Part shown: piece after piece, positions 47,185 to 60,530 of the stretch | How the letters are laid out: the number at the start of each line of letters is the position of its first letter | Numbering within the stretch: the first letter of the stretch is position 1 | Assembly: GCF_001194135.2 (NCBI RefSeq) | Contig: NC_068983.1 | Location: 35,863,227 to 35,927,226, forward strand | Direction: 5' to 3' | DNA length: 64,000 bases | DNA from: Octopus bimaculoides | Taxonomy: Eukaryota | Translations under genes and position numbers: made by a program | The notes under the pieces: generated by a model | Databases searched by the model: none | Told to the model about the DNA's origin: nothing | The model's input: only the letters and a program-made list of their open reading frames with translations

Positions 47185-47510
47185 CACACAGAAACATACA
47201 CATATATACACATACACACACATCTACACAAACATGCACATATATATAAGCACATCTACACATACACACACACATATACACATCTACATGCACAGGCACA
47301 CATATATACACATCTACACACACGCACACACATACATACACATCTACACACACATGCACACGCACATACACATATACACATCTACACACACATGCACACG
47401 CACATACACATATACACATCTACACACACATGCACACGCACATACACACACACACATGTACACACACATGCACACACGCACGCACGCATGCACACACACG
47501 CACACACATG
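47185..47510. repeat. CA-rich minisatellite with a 38-bp unit
   Basis: CATCTACACACACATGCACACGCACATACACATATACA starts at 47341, 47379 and 47417, with degenerate units upstream. Confidence 0.92.
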
Positions 47511-48660
47511 TTCAGACCTAGATGTTTTCACATAAATTTACAATGTCAATGAAATAGTGGGAGCTGTACACCGCCATGTACAAGAGTGTTAAGACGAAAC
47601 TAGTATTTATGTTGAACAGTCTGATCTTTATATTGGATTCCAGCTGATAATAAACCCTGCTTAATCAAGTCCAAAACTTATTAAGAACTAACACTGCCAC
47701 AGTTTACAGTTTGATTTGTATAGGGTCTGGGAATGGGGCAGGAATGGAGGTGGTAAGATCAAAGAAAATAATGAAAAAAAGTGATTTATCCAAAAGAAAA
47801 TAAAGATAACAATAATAATAATAAAAGAAACAAATTAGATGAGATGAATAACGACTACAGATCAAAATAGAATTAGTATGTGTTGTAAGAGATTAGGGAG
47901 ATGATATATTTAACTAGCAAAGATAATGACTGTATAGGGACTCTATTTCATGGACAATATCCTATAGAGAGGAGTAGTGTGCATCAGAAGGAGAAATTTT
48001 TCTATTGCAAATTGACTGAAAATACAGCAGTGATCTCATCATTTAAGTATCTGCATGCTTCTACTGTTGTTTTCAAGTAGCATAATGCTATGGGAAAGTG
48101 AGCTCTCACGTTCTACAAATAAATCAGTTACACAAATGTGACAGTTGCCTAAAATTTAACTGTCATTTCTGATCTATAGTAACATGTCTCGAAATTGTAC
48201 CAATCTGCTCGATATCCTGTTAAAAAAGAAAAAGGGGGGTTTCGTAGCTGAGTTGTTAATGCTGCAGCAAGCCAAGGTCTTCTATCATTTGAATCACTGC
48301 CATATCAAATATTTTAATTCTTAGAACAATACAAAGTTAAAAATCAGATGACTGAGGTATGATAAATGATCCAATAATAATACTGTACTTATAACGAAAT
48401 ATAAGAAACTATCATATTGGCCACAAACATATTATTACTTTGTTGGTTGTTTGAAAACTACTGGCACTATGAATACTATTCCAACACTATTAAATGAAGC
48501 TGACACCACAACTGTGTGAGTTTTCTAAAGTACATCAGAATAGAAAGAATGTTTACAGATGCAGAATGGCAATTATTTGAAATATAATTGATTATCATAG
48601 GCACAAGGGCTCAAATTTACGAGATTGGTATAATCAATTATATTAACACCAATACTTGAC

Positions 48661-48874
48661 TTACTCTTTTACACATTTCAGTCATTTGACTGTGGCCATG
48701 CTGGAGCACTGCTTTTAGTCAAAGAAATCGATCTCAGGACTCATTCTTTGTAAGCCTAGTACTTATTGATCTCTTTTGCCAAACCGCTAAGTTTCAGGGA
48801 CATAAACACACCAATATCAGTTATCAAGCAATGGTGGTGGGGACAAACACAGACAGAAAGACACACACACATAA

Positions 48875-48956
<82 letters not shown>

Positions 48957-49120
48957 ATGACAGGCTTCTTTCAGTTTCTATCTACCAAATCCACTCATAA
49001 GGCTTTGGTTGGGCCTAGACTATAGTAGAAAACACTTGCTCAAGGTGCCACGCAGTGGGACTGAACCCAGAATCATGTGGTTAGGAAGCAAGCTTCTTAC
49101 CACACAACCACACCTGTACT
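48661..49120 (-). mobile_element. SINE family A, full length, with long internal (TG)n
   Basis: Homologous to 7545-7969; (TG)n at about 48884-48955. Confidence 0.92.
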
Positions 49121-49394
49121 TATTTTACTAACTCCACAGGATTAATGTCAAAGCTGACCACAAGAGAATTTCTTGAAATTACTTTTCAATAGATACAAAC
49201 AATTACCATTAATTTGGGTTTATTTCCCTCCACCTAAGAGGGGGATTTCAATTAATTGAGAATTTTTTGCATACATCATTCAGTACATCACCCTATAATT
49301 CATTTATCTAGTCATACCATTAGCTTACTTGAGTTATTACCCTTAGTTCATTTTCTTTCTCTTTTTTTATTTGTAATTATGTAAATTACTACTG

Positions 49395-49590
49395 GATTAT
49401 GCGAGAAAAAAATGCTTAGCAACATTTCATGCGTCTTTACATTGAGTTCAAATTCCACTGAGATCAACTTTGTCTTTCATCTTTTCAGGGTTGATAAAAT
49501 AAGTACCAGTTGTGCACTGGGTGGCATGTAATCAACTTATGCCCTTCCCCTAAATTGCTGGCCTTGTGCCAAAATTTGAAATTAATATTT
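49395..49590 (+). mobile_element. SINE family B, diverged
   Basis: ATGCTTAGC...GAGTTCAAATTCC...GATAAAATAAGTACCAG...GGCCTTGTGCCAAAATTTGAAA. Confidence 0.8.
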
Positions 49591-49713
49591 TTCGATGTCT
49601 AAAATCATTTTTCAATAGATCAAAGCAGGTTTCAGTAGACTATATGATACTGATGAGGTTCAATAAGGACTAAATATGCCTGTAATTATCCCCCTTGTCA
49701 ACAAATAAAGATT

Positions 49714-49980
49714 AGACTTCTTTCTAAGTATGTGATTAGAATGTTGCAGGAAGGAATTACAGGACAGATTATTCAAGCCAAGCCAACTGACAGGAGATCT
49801 AGAGGTAGACTAAGAACAATATGGCTGAATAATATCCATAGATTCAGTTGGCCACGCTTAGGAATCCAGCTGGAGAGTTTAAGGATGGTTGCTTCTGATA
49901 AGACCCTATAGAGGAGGCATTTGGGAACTCTACCCTAACAACCCTCCCAGGAATGGAGAAAATGAATAAATGGATGAATT
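49714..49980 (+). mobile_element. Degenerate RTE-clade LINE ORF C-terminus (lineage 3)
   Basis: RLLSKYVIRMLQEGITGQIIQAKPTDRRSRGRLRTIWLNNIHRFSWPRLGIQLESLRMVASDKTL*RRHLGTLP*QPSQE: the VIRM...RSRGRxRTxW signature, then a short TGAATAAATGGATGAAT tail. Confidence 0.8.
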
Positions 49981-50369
49981 TCATGAAGTCATCTTCCCTT
50001 TTCTTCAAGACCTGCTATAACACCTGATACTATGATTCTCTTTCTCCAAGAGAAATATTTCAATTAATTTTTTTTTTTTTAATATGTTATTCAGGATATC
50101 ATTCCTAAACTTATCTATATATAATACATCTATCAATTGAACATTCAACAAGTGATTGAGCTCTGGATAAGAACTTTTACTGTGAATGAAATTTAAATAA
50201 ATTAACATATTAAGAGATAAAGCTTGCAAACAAGGCAATTTTACATATACAAAAAAATAAATAAATAAATGAAAATGCTTCATTTGTGTAATAGCAATGG
50301 AGCAAATAAACACCAAAAAACAGAGAAATATAAATGTAATTACAAAATATATTAGACTTGACAGTCAAA

Positions 50370-50770
50370 GGAAGAAGAGAAAAAGGTTGAAAAGAAAGAC
50401 GGTGTACAGAGAAAAGAGAGGGAAGTGAATAGAAATAGTGAGGAGGAGTGAGTATAGATAGTGTGGAAGAGATGAGGAGAGAAATATTAAAAGAATAGAG
50501 AGAGGGGGGAAAACAAGGAAGGTGAGAAAGAAAGAACGAGAAAGATTGAAAATGAGAGAGGGTGGGAGGGAGGGAAAGAGTAAGTAGAGAAAGTAAGTTA
50601 AGAAAGAGAAGGGAGACAATACAAAAGGAAAAAAAAAGATAACAGGTGGCGAGAGTGGAGAAAATGTGAGAAAAGAGAGTTTGATAATTGTGATGGTAAT
50701 GTTGATAGTGTAGCAATAATGAAGATAATAGTGGTGGTGGCAATGATGATGATGGTGATGGTAGTGGCAT
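50370..50770. repeat. Purine-rich GA tract followed by (GAT/GGT)-rich low complexity
   Basis: Directly visible composition bias. Confidence 0.85.
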
Positions 50771-50811
50771 TGTTGATGACAATCCTGTCTTTATTATTCA
50801 GAAACATTACA

Positions 50812-51030
50812 AGATGGCAAGCTAGCAGAATCATTAGCACCCCAGAGAAAATGCTTAATGGAATTTCTTCCAGTTCTTAACATTCTGAGCTCAAATTCTG
50901 CTTGGATCAACAGTGCCTTTTATCCTTTCAGGGTCATTGAAATAAGTACCAGTTGAGTACTGGGATTGGTGTAATTTACTTAGCACCTCCTCAGAAACTG
51001 CTGGCTTTGTGCCAAAATTTGAAACCATTA
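50812..51030 (+). mobile_element. SINE family B, diverged
   Basis: GGCAAGCTAGCAGAATCATTAGCAC head through TGTGCCAAAATTTGAAACC end. Confidence 0.85.
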
Positions 51031-52334
51031 TTGAGGAATATTATGTATGCATGATCCTCAAGCCTTACATACAATATAAAACATGTCTATACAAAAGGAA
51101 TTACAAAACATGCATGTGTGTGTGTATACACAAACACACACACATACATAATACAGAGGTGTGGGGGAACAATATAATGTATTGCTCTAAGTGAATATAT
51201 TAAGTTAGAAAACAAATATAAAGACCATCCAACTACACAAGAGGGAGAAGCTTCCACCTAAATAAGATCAGGGCACCCAATAGTAGACTGCTTCTCAGCT
51301 GCAAAATGGGTCCCCTGAAATTGCTCACAAACATTTCCAGCCTTAACCATAAGGAGCACTACTATCTCTGGGCCATGATAACTCAGCTGTTAACAGACTA
51401 CAAATGTGGTCTTTAAGAACTATCTATCAATGAGGGCAGTGTTTTTCATATGGCAGTAGGGATATGAGAATTGAAAAAGGAATAGAAAAACTGCCACGTT
51501 TAATAAAATTACATGGTTTAAAACATTTTAAACCTGTGCAGCACCATAACAAAGAAAAGAATTATAGAGATGCAAACTTTATTGTCTCGTCATTAATAAA
51601 GGTAGCAGGGTCACAAATTTTCCTAATATTTTGGGGAAAGGGACAGATATTTGTCAGTTTGAGAACCATTGATCTTGGAGTCCTGAGACTTGTCCTCTCC
51701 ACCACAATCTTTTCAGTCAATGCAGTATTTTATTTATCCTCTCATAGGGTCAGCATTAAATAAAGTAGGACAGCATTCTGCCTTAGAATTAATTTAAAGT
51801 TCAGGTATTCTGTAAGTGTAGAGACCGCTACTGAAGAACTTCCAACTGCCTGAGCTAATTTTTTTCTTTTGCATTTTCTTTCTTCCCCATCATTGAAAGG
51901 CAGCTTGGGGCAGCTCCTGTTCTAGAGGAGGGACCCTCTTTTGGATTCTTAGTCAGTGCCATACTCAGGTGTTGGTGACACTAAAGATGAGCATTTTTTT
52001 ATATCATTGTCCGCATTTTTTTTTTCTAAATTTCAGTCTGTTTTAAAATAATTTAGAGGCATTTATGTTTACATTATTGAGGCCACCACTTCAATAATGT
52101 GTGGAAAGTATCTTCTCACTACTCATGACGCCATTTTGAACCACAAATAATGATATAATGGCCACTAGCCAAATATATATATATAGGCAGCTATAAATAT
52201 TTTTAAAAAGAAGCAAATCTTTCTTCTACCACATATAATGTAGTTGACCCTCAAATAATCCAAAAGACTTCAGTTAATAAAAATGGAACAAATCAAAAAA
52301 CAAACAAAAAAAACTTTCTCCATAATTGCATAGG

Positions 52335-52682
52335 AATTCATTGTTAAGAAATCATGTTGTTTTGGGTTGAGACCCATTGCATAGGACCTTCAGCAAGTAT
52401 CTTCCATTATAGTTCCAGACCAACCAATGCCTTGTTAGTGAATTTAGTAGAGAGAAACTGTACAGAAACCTGTCGTGTGTGTGTATGCACACATGTGCAC
52501 GAGTCTCTTACCACTTGACCACCAGTATTGGTTTATGTCCTCTTAGTGATTTGGCAAAAAGAAATCGATAGAATACCAGGTTTTAACAAATAGGTACTGA
52601 GGTTAATTTGATTGGCTAAATCCATCAAAGCAGTGCTCTGGTATGGCCACAGTCCAATGAATGAAACAAGTAAAAGAGTAAA
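52335..52682 (+). mobile_element. SINE family A, old copy
   Basis: Degenerate head and core, with GGCCACAGTCCAATGAATGAAACAAGTAAAAGAGTAAA end. Confidence 0.75.
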
Positions 52683-53299
52683 GGAATAGAAGAATTGGTT
52701 AAAAAAAAATTACTTTTATGTCCAGTTCTGAGACAGACATTTGTTTGCTTTAACAAATAATAGAATTGTTGATAGGTCAAATGATTTAACATTTTTGAAA
52801 TTGGATTTAACTGAAGCAAGTTAAGCATGAAGTAAATTTAAGAATCTATAAATAATAAATCCAACGTTTCACCGTAGTCAGAGTTGACATTGCAATTCAG
52901 TTTCAGATAAATGATTGAAAATAAATATAAAATTAAAATATAAGAAAACATAGGAAAAAAAAAACCGAAATAAAATTATAAAATATTTGTTTTCCCATTT
53001 GAAATATGAAGAAATTTAAGATGTCTCTGACAATCTTTAACTCATTTAATGGTTTCTCACATTGGAATAAGGCCAGAAATTGTAGGATTGGGATAGAGGG
53101 ACATGGTAGATTGTATCAGCTCCTTCTCTCATCATCCACCCACACACATTACAAATACATGGCTACTATTTATTCTTATCCCTCATAGAAAATAATGTAA
53201 ATTTGACCCTATCAAAATTGTGATTCACAGAACAGGGCAACGGAACTCATTACTGCCATGTGATCTACTTTGGCAATGAATCACTTCTGTTATCATGCT

Positions 53300-53612
53300 T
53301 TTATTCTTTTATTCCTATCAGTCTTTGGACAATAGCCAGGCTGGGGCACAGTTACGATGGATTTTAATCAAATGAATCGACCCTAGTACTTTTTTTTTTT
53401 AAGCCTTGTGTTTATTCTGTTGGTCTCTTTTGCAGAACTGCTAAATTACAGGAACATACACAAACCACCTCTGGTTGTCAAACAATAGCAGGGAACAAAA
53501 TTCAAAGATTCACATACACAGATATATACACATATGTGACAGGCTTCTTTCAGTTTCCATCTTCCAATTCCACTCACAAGGCTTTGGTTGACCCGAGGTT
53601 ATAGCAGTAGAC
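53300..53612 (-). mobile_element. SINE family A, old 5'-truncated copy
   Basis: Body and GGCTTCTTTCAGTTTCC...CACTCACAAGGCTTTGG segment. Confidence 0.75.
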
Positions 53613-54727
53613 ATTATGCACAGGCTGAATGCCTGAAAGAAAAGGGGGGGGGGAGTTAACTGACTGACCAATATATTACTGGTTGGTACAATAATATACA
53701 CCCAGTCTATGCTAAAAAGTGATTTTCTTACATTGGTTTGGTTTGAAGTAAAGGTCTGATGAATGCTGTTATCTGCGCAGGACAAGGCATTGTTGAAAGA
53801 GGCAAATAGGCTATTGGTGTGTAGGAGGAAGAGTTAGAGGCACAAAACTGAATTTTTGAATATATCATAGTTGACAAGCTGTAGGTTAGAGAGAGTTTGA
53901 AAAGCCAGTAAAAGTACGCCACTAGTGTTTATTCATAGATAAACATACATAATTATTGTGTTGGCAGTATTTGAGTTCTATTTGCAGTTGTGTCATCTCA
54001 GACATTACTTTAAAATTTGTTGTAATTAGAGATCTATGTGTAAAAACCATACAAAAAGGCAAGAAAGAACAGAGAAGATATGGCCTTTGTAAACCACAAT
54101 TAGAACGTTCTGCTTAAGAGAGCAGTAATGAAGGGCAACTCAATACAGAATAGAGGAGAGTCTTTATTCTTGCAGCAAACTTCTCTAGTGTTAGTGGGCT
54201 GATAAAATGCACCCAGTCCATGCTGAAAAGAGATTGGCTAATAGGAAGGGAGTCTAATCATAAAAACAATGTCATAAATAGTACTGAAGCTGATAGTGAG
54301 ATGCTGTGACAGACCCATCCAATTCATGTCTTTAAAGTGGTGAAAGACAAATTCAACTACAATAACGTTTGATCTTCAAGTATTAAAAGTTATACTAAAA
54401 TGTGGTATTCGGTCTGATGCTCCACCATTTCTACTACTCTACTGAACTAATGTCAAGAGAAAGGAAATATTTTTTGTAATCTAATAATAATTTCTTACAC
54501 TGTATCACTACAACAAATTTAGAATGAAGACTGATTCATTTCTCAATTGATTTATTTGGCTTCAACCAGGAATCAATACTGGGTCACTCACATACCGCAC
54601 CAAGAGTATAGTTTGTGCTTCTCTCAAGTTAATAAAACTCCTTCAGCTTGGTTGCACAAGCTACTAGAAACGGTAACCAAATCACACTCTATTGTCTTTG
54701 TTTTATATCTCTTGTCACAGATTGGTG

Positions 54728-55690
54728 TGTATAAAATTAGATAGCGGAGATTTAACCAATGTGTTCACACAACGTACTTCGTGAGACTACCAAAACACTC
54801 TCTCCAACTACTACTGACCGCTACTCTTTATGAGAGTTCGGCTAGTCCATTCTTCCAATCTGCCAGGGGTGTCAATGACTCTTTCCACAACATCTCCCTC
54901 TTTGAGACTGACTTCCGTTGAAGTTAATATTATTATCTATTTTTACTTCATCACTTTTATATCCTGACGACTCATTGCCAAATGTAACGTAATTGTTACC
55001 TGACACTTAGGTAGTATTGTTCATTTTGCACATAGCACTCTTGTTTTTCATTGTATTAAGCACTCTTTTAGCACTTGTTTTGTGCTCAAATGGACTTTAG
55101 TGCAATTTTTTAACCCCAAGAAAGACATCTCCTCTAGCTGGTTAACACAGCACAGCTGCATCCGATAAATTTTGAGCAGGGGAACCAAACTCTTACTACA
55201 TTCTAGCGACAGGACCAACATACAGTAATTCAAACAACTACAATGACTTACATGTTCAGTGCGAGTTCAATGCAGAACTAACACACTGACTCTTACCGGC
55301 CTCTAGCAAGACTCTTCAAAGACTTCTGCCGACTTTACATGGGACATGATAGGTATTTTACTGGTAGTACTTTGGCTGCCAAGCACGCAACCTCTACCAG
55401 CTTTCACCAATTTCCCGATGTCCCGGTGCATGCAACAGGTTGTACTGGGTTACATGTTACCAGTAATGCCCCAAAAAAGTGACCTGACCAATGCGACAAG
55501 TTGTACTGGGTTACACACAAGAGTGACCTGACCTTGACACATGTTGGATTAATGAAGCAGAGGTTTAATCGTGTTCACATGACATACTTTGTGAGACTAC
55601 CAAAACACTCTCTCTGACTACTACTCTTTATAAGAGTTCGGCTAGTCCATTCTTCCAATCTGCCAGGGGTGTCAATAACTCACCACAACA
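54728..55690 (-). mobile_element. TRIM-like miniature LTR element (non-coding)
   Basis: Direct repeats 55542-55690 and about 54728-54892 both start TGTTGTGG on minus; the upstream one ends CAACA. A polypurine tract AAAGAGGGAGA (54893-54903) directly precedes the downstream repeat. The interior (about 640 bp) has no recognisable ORF. The PBS is non-canonical and no TSD was found. Confidence 0.65.
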
Positions 55691-56761
55691 CTTTGAAACC
55701 AGAAAACACATTGGACAATGCAGTCCTAGACACACAAAAGACAGGATAGTTATAGTAAGATTGCTTTTGGTCATAGATTTGCTGAATCAGTGCTGACCTA
55801 TGGCTAAACAACAAGTTCCTGCTTCAGTGCTTACCACTTATTATTTAATGACAGAATTAACAAAGACACAAAGTATCCAGGTAGGTTTTATAACCTAGAG
55901 TTCAAAATAAAGCTTTTACCTTTTATCTTGCTTGAATTAGTGAATAAGTTCCAGAAAGTTATTGGAGATGATTCAATTAGACCTGGTAATTCAATAACCT
56001 CTTATATTACAAAACAAAAGATGACCTTGTACCCAGTCAAAAGAAAATCTATAGCGACAACTAAAGTACTCCATTCTTCATTAGAAAAGACATTTTAATT
56101 ATGAAGATTAAAACAAGACATTACAGTATGTTTATAAATCGTGCAGAACTAAGAATTCAGACAGTTAACCAGTTTCAAATCAAATAATCAGTCACATTAA
56201 AATAACAACAATGCTCTCACACTGACTGCCTTCAGGTAGTAGCAATAGTTACGTAAGCTTATTACCACAGCTTTTTCTGCTCCTGTTGCTTACTTCACAT
56301 TATGTTAATAACTCAACTATGAGTTAGCTGTCCAACTGGTTCACTTCAAGTGGTAGATACAGCTACTGAGGAACTAAATTCAGTTTTGCTTGAGTAGAAT
56401 TATATTATTGAAGTAGTCAAACATATGAATGGCACAATACATGTTAATTCAATATATATTGTGTGTCAGTCTACTCTCTGTCATATTACTATCCAGGCTG
56501 ATATGAAGGTATTGGCTGTGCATGTAGAGAGAGTGAACCAACCAGAGCATGCATGCTACATGTGTTTTGCCAATTAGCTAGTTTTTATATGTTCAAAGGC
56601 TTTGGTTGGGTTTACAGCAAAAATAACAAGATAGATTTGACCATTGCCCACAATAGCTTCAATAACTTAAAAACTCAATGAACATGGTTGGTAACTGAGA
56701 AAGGAGCTTGAAACAAAATGTGGAAGTTGATATTGCAATATGTATGTTTCAAGTTTGCCAT

Positions 56762-56854
<93 letters not shown>

Positions 56855-56900
56855 TGTGTGTGTGTGTGTGTGTGTGCGTGCGTGCGCGTGCGTGTGCGTG
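56762..56900. repeat. Compound (GA)n(GT)n(GCGT)n microsatellite
   Basis: Directly visible. Confidence 0.97.
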
Positions 56901-58439
56901 CATGTTTGAAGTGCTATTCTAATATTGTTCTGATGCGTCACGGTTTTTAAGGGTGATAAGACATATTGCAGAAGTTAAGTGGATTAGTACAGAATGCAAC
57001 CATTAACTGTGGCCCATTGCATATCTAAAGAGTTTTTCATTTCATTTGATAGTGCTATAGAATTCTGGCCTTACACCCATATATGACAATGAATATATAT
57101 ATATGTTAAAATGTTCCAATTATATATAATTTAGCCGTTTAATAAATTGCAAACAGTTAATTTACTTGTCATAAGTAGAATATATTAAATTATCATTTTA
57201 TGATTTTTTGAGAGGATATCTCGCACACCCAGCATTCTCTAAATATATGCTTTTGCTACTTTCTTCAATTTTCGTGATCATGTACTTAGCTTTAGAAAGA
57301 TCATCTATTAATAAAGTCATTTACTGCAATAATTCACATGGAAATACTCATAATTTACAAAACTAACATCTCACCCATATTAGCATGACAAAACGGATTT
57401 AAAAGCCATAAAAGGAAAAAGATGTAATTTGTGAATACAAAATTCAAGTAGGAGAATTAAAAAATAAATTTTAAGGACCAAAGTGCATGATTTGCTACTT
57501 CTGGTAACTGAGCCAACTGCAAATGGTATTTTTATTCCTAGTTTTTCTAGCTGAAAAATGCCTCCCCACAGTCATTATTCTCATAACTTGACTGCTTCTT
57601 ATGTTTTTGATGATTTGAATCTTATGCTCAATTACCATTTGAAAGTGAACTCATCCTCTGTCACAGCACTCTTAATACTCCTAATAGTGAAAAACCTGTT
57701 GGTCTCCACTTAAAACTGAAAATTAATGTAAGGAAATTGTACTTTAACAGATTTCTAAATAGTTCAGAATAAATATTGGTGAATATTTAAATTAGAATAA
57801 ATACATCATCACTTTATCTCTCAGCAGCATAAAAATCCCCCTTGCAAAACATGTCCATTATGTATTTTTCATTATCTTGGTTTTTAATAACATGGAATCC
57901 TCTACTCTTACACATTTTATGCATTTCAATTACAGCAACAGAAAATTGAATCTAATATGAAAAGAATTTTCAGTTTTCAAAAAACTGTGCTTCTAAGAAT
58001 ACTGTCCTTTTCAAAAGGAACTTACTATACAGTCTCTTCCTATTTAACTTTTACCTTATGTTATTAAAAATTCTTGCTGAAGTGTAAATTAATTAATATG
58101 GAAATATTCTCTGAAATGAGCAATAAGTTTTGAATATATTTTTAATAAATTCTCAATCAATACAAATGAAAAAAAAAAAAAAATGAACAGATTTGTTGAT
58201 GCTGTCATCATTATCCAACCCCAGATCAGCCCTGATCAAGCAGGTCTATAATCAAAGGAATAGATTCTAGCTATGACCATTCTGTTGTCTTCATATGTGC
58301 ATGAAACACAGAACTACATTAATGTATTTTTGTGGTAACAATGCCACTCTCTCCTTTCCCTAGCCTTGAAGTGACCTAGGGTCCTTGTTTGGGGTGATTT
58401 GGAATAAAAATTGAAAATATTTGGCAAGTATGGTGAAAC

Positions 58440-58499
58440 CTGTGCAGTGCTGAGGAGACCTATCAAGATGGAAACATTCAGAGCTATTTTCTTCCACAT
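58440..58499 (-). CDS. Weak first-exon candidate with a signal-peptide-like sequence MWKKIALNVSILIGLLSTAQ
   Basis: ATG start, basic n-region, hydrophobic core and small residues near the end, then a possible donor CAG|GTTTCA. No other support. Confidence 0.15.
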
Positions 58500-59090
58500 A
58501 CTTGTTGAATGATTAAAGTAACTTTAATCACTCAGCTATTGTCTTTTCCTCTCCATTTAAGTTCTTTAATATTTGTTTTTCATCTTTAATTCAAAATCAC
58601 TCCCAAAGAAGAGATGTATCACTAAGTAAATATACAACAGTATACAAGGGTCGATGTGAAATATTAGCATATTTAAAAATATATATCACTCCAGTTAAAT
58701 ACTGAAATCCCATAGGAAACGTACTGTAGTGTAGCAGAGATGTAGCAAAGATACAAGCAGTATAAGACATACAGCAAAAACCATTTTGGTGCCTTGTGCA
58801 GATGTAATAAAACCATTATTTGATTATTTACTACAAAGCAAAACATATCACTTCAGCTTTTATAGAAAAAAATGTTATGCTTCAGATAATATGTAAGCTC
58901 AAGTTATCTATAAGACTTAGTAGTGCAAAACAAATATCAAAGAGGATACATGGCTACCTATCCCTTCATATTAATTCTGAAGATGCATGCACAATCTAGA
59001 CTACTTACATAAGCTATGGTTGTTGTTTAGCCCAAGGTTAGTCCTGATAAAGCAGACTCCTGATCAAAGGCATTCCATGGTGATGGGGTT

Positions 59091-59346
59091 GCAGCATAGC
59101 TGTGTGGTTGAGGAGCTTACTTCTTAACCATGTGATTTCAGGTTCAGTCCCACAGTATGGCACTTTGGTCGAGTGTCTTCTATTATGGCCCAAGGCTAAC
59201 AAAAGCCAATGGGGAAATATTACTTTACTTGAAGACAGATAGGGTTGGTAAATAGGAACGGTATCCAACTACATAAAATCTGCTTCAACAAATTTCGTCT
59301 AACCCATGCAAGCATAGAAAAGCAGATATTAAAACAACAATGATGA
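59091..59346 (+). mobile_element. SINE with family-A head and RTE-derived tail (internally shortened)
   Basis: Head GCTGTGTGGTTGAG...GGTTCAGTCCCAC, then GGGGAAATATTAC body and ACCCATGCAAGCATAGAAAAG...TGATGA end. Confidence 0.8.
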
Positions 59347-59350
59347 CTAT

Positions 59351-59665
59351 ATCATCATCATCATTTAACGTCCGCTTTCCATGCTAGCATGGGTTGGACA
59401 ATTTGACTGAGGACTGGCAAGCCAGAAGGCTGCACTAGGCTCCAATCTGATCTGGCAGAGTTTCTACAGCTGGATGCCCTTCCTAACATTCTTCCTTAAT
59501 GTCTTATCTGCATGCTAGCATGGATTGGACAGTTTGACAAGAGCTAGCCAACCAGAAAGTTGCACCAGGCTTCAATTATCTGTTTTTGCATGGTTTCTAC
59601 AGCTGACTGCCCTTCCTAATGCCAACCACTTCACTGAGTGTACTGAGTGCCTTCTGCGCAACACC
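59351..59665 (-). mobile_element. Two tandem RTE 3' tail fragments (59351-59487 young; about 59500-59665 older)
   Basis: Both carry CATGCTAGCATGG.TTGGAC..TTTGAC and TTTCTACAGCTG..TGCCCTTCCTAA. Confidence 0.88.
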
Positions 59666-59789
59666 AGCACACACACACACACACACACAACTTATCTGAC
59701 ACATCCTTTCTTTTATAACTTAGTAAAGTGTGAGTTAAGGGAGATTAGTCTGCTGCCTCCACCAGACCAGTTCTCACAAAGTTGGTATA

Positions 59790-59832
<43 letters not shown>

Positions 59833-60089
59833 TATCCATGATGTGCTGTTGAAAGTATGTGTTATATGTGTGAGTACACATGTCTGTACTCATTTGTGTA
59901 TGAGCACATGCGCATTTGTACCCATGTCTGTGTGTATTTGCATGCGTGTGAAATGTTATCATTTACATATTTTTCCAAATATTTTACAAATGCAGAAAAA
60001 AAAATAATAAAAAAAATAATTTTCGATTCACAATTTCTGCAGAAGTTTTATTTACATTGGTATTATTTTATCAGTGATGTTGATGATGA

Positions 60090-60530
60090 TAATGTAGTAG
60101 TATAGTAGTAGTAGTAGTAGTAGTAGTAGCAGCAGAAGAAGGATGTCATAGTTGCAACAGTGCAACAGGAGTAATAGTAGTGTGGTGGTGGTGGTGGTGG
60201 TGGTGGTGGTGGTTTTTAGAGTAGTAGGTTTGCTTGAAAGAGGAGTACCAGCAGAGGTGTCTAAAGTATTGGCACAGGTGGTAGCGATAACAGTACTGAC
60301 TGGAAGTAGGGTATAGTAGAAACACTAATAGTGTTGTCTGTTACTGTAGCAGCCATAGCATTGGTGGTGGTTGCAGTTGTAGCACTTGTAGTGTTAACAG
60401 TGTTAGTGATTGCAGAAGTAACATTAGCAACAGTAGTGGTGGTGGTGGTGATTGAAATAGTGTTTAGAGAATTGTTAGTAGTTGTTGTTTTAGTATTAAT
60501 AATAGTGATAGTTGCAGTACTAGTAGTAAC
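60090..60530. repeat. (TAG)n/(TGG)n and cryptic triplet low-complexity region
   Basis: Directly visible; source of the Thr-rich and Val-rich ORFs. Confidence 0.85.

Noticed and set aside
49650-49690. Third hammerhead-like core CTGATGAGGTTCAATAAGGACTAAA
   Set aside because: Stem II is plausible, but the essential G of GAAA is missing and I could not form stem I/III with a UH site. At best a dead relic.
50210-50840. 190-aa hydrophobic ORF on minus (and similar 13588-13914)
   Set aside because: Antisense translation of GA-rich tracts gives Leu/Ser/Phe/Pro strings; not gene-like.
51780-52000. GC-richer island with short protein-like frames on minus
   Set aside because: Each frame is interrupted by a stop and no consistent splice pair was found.
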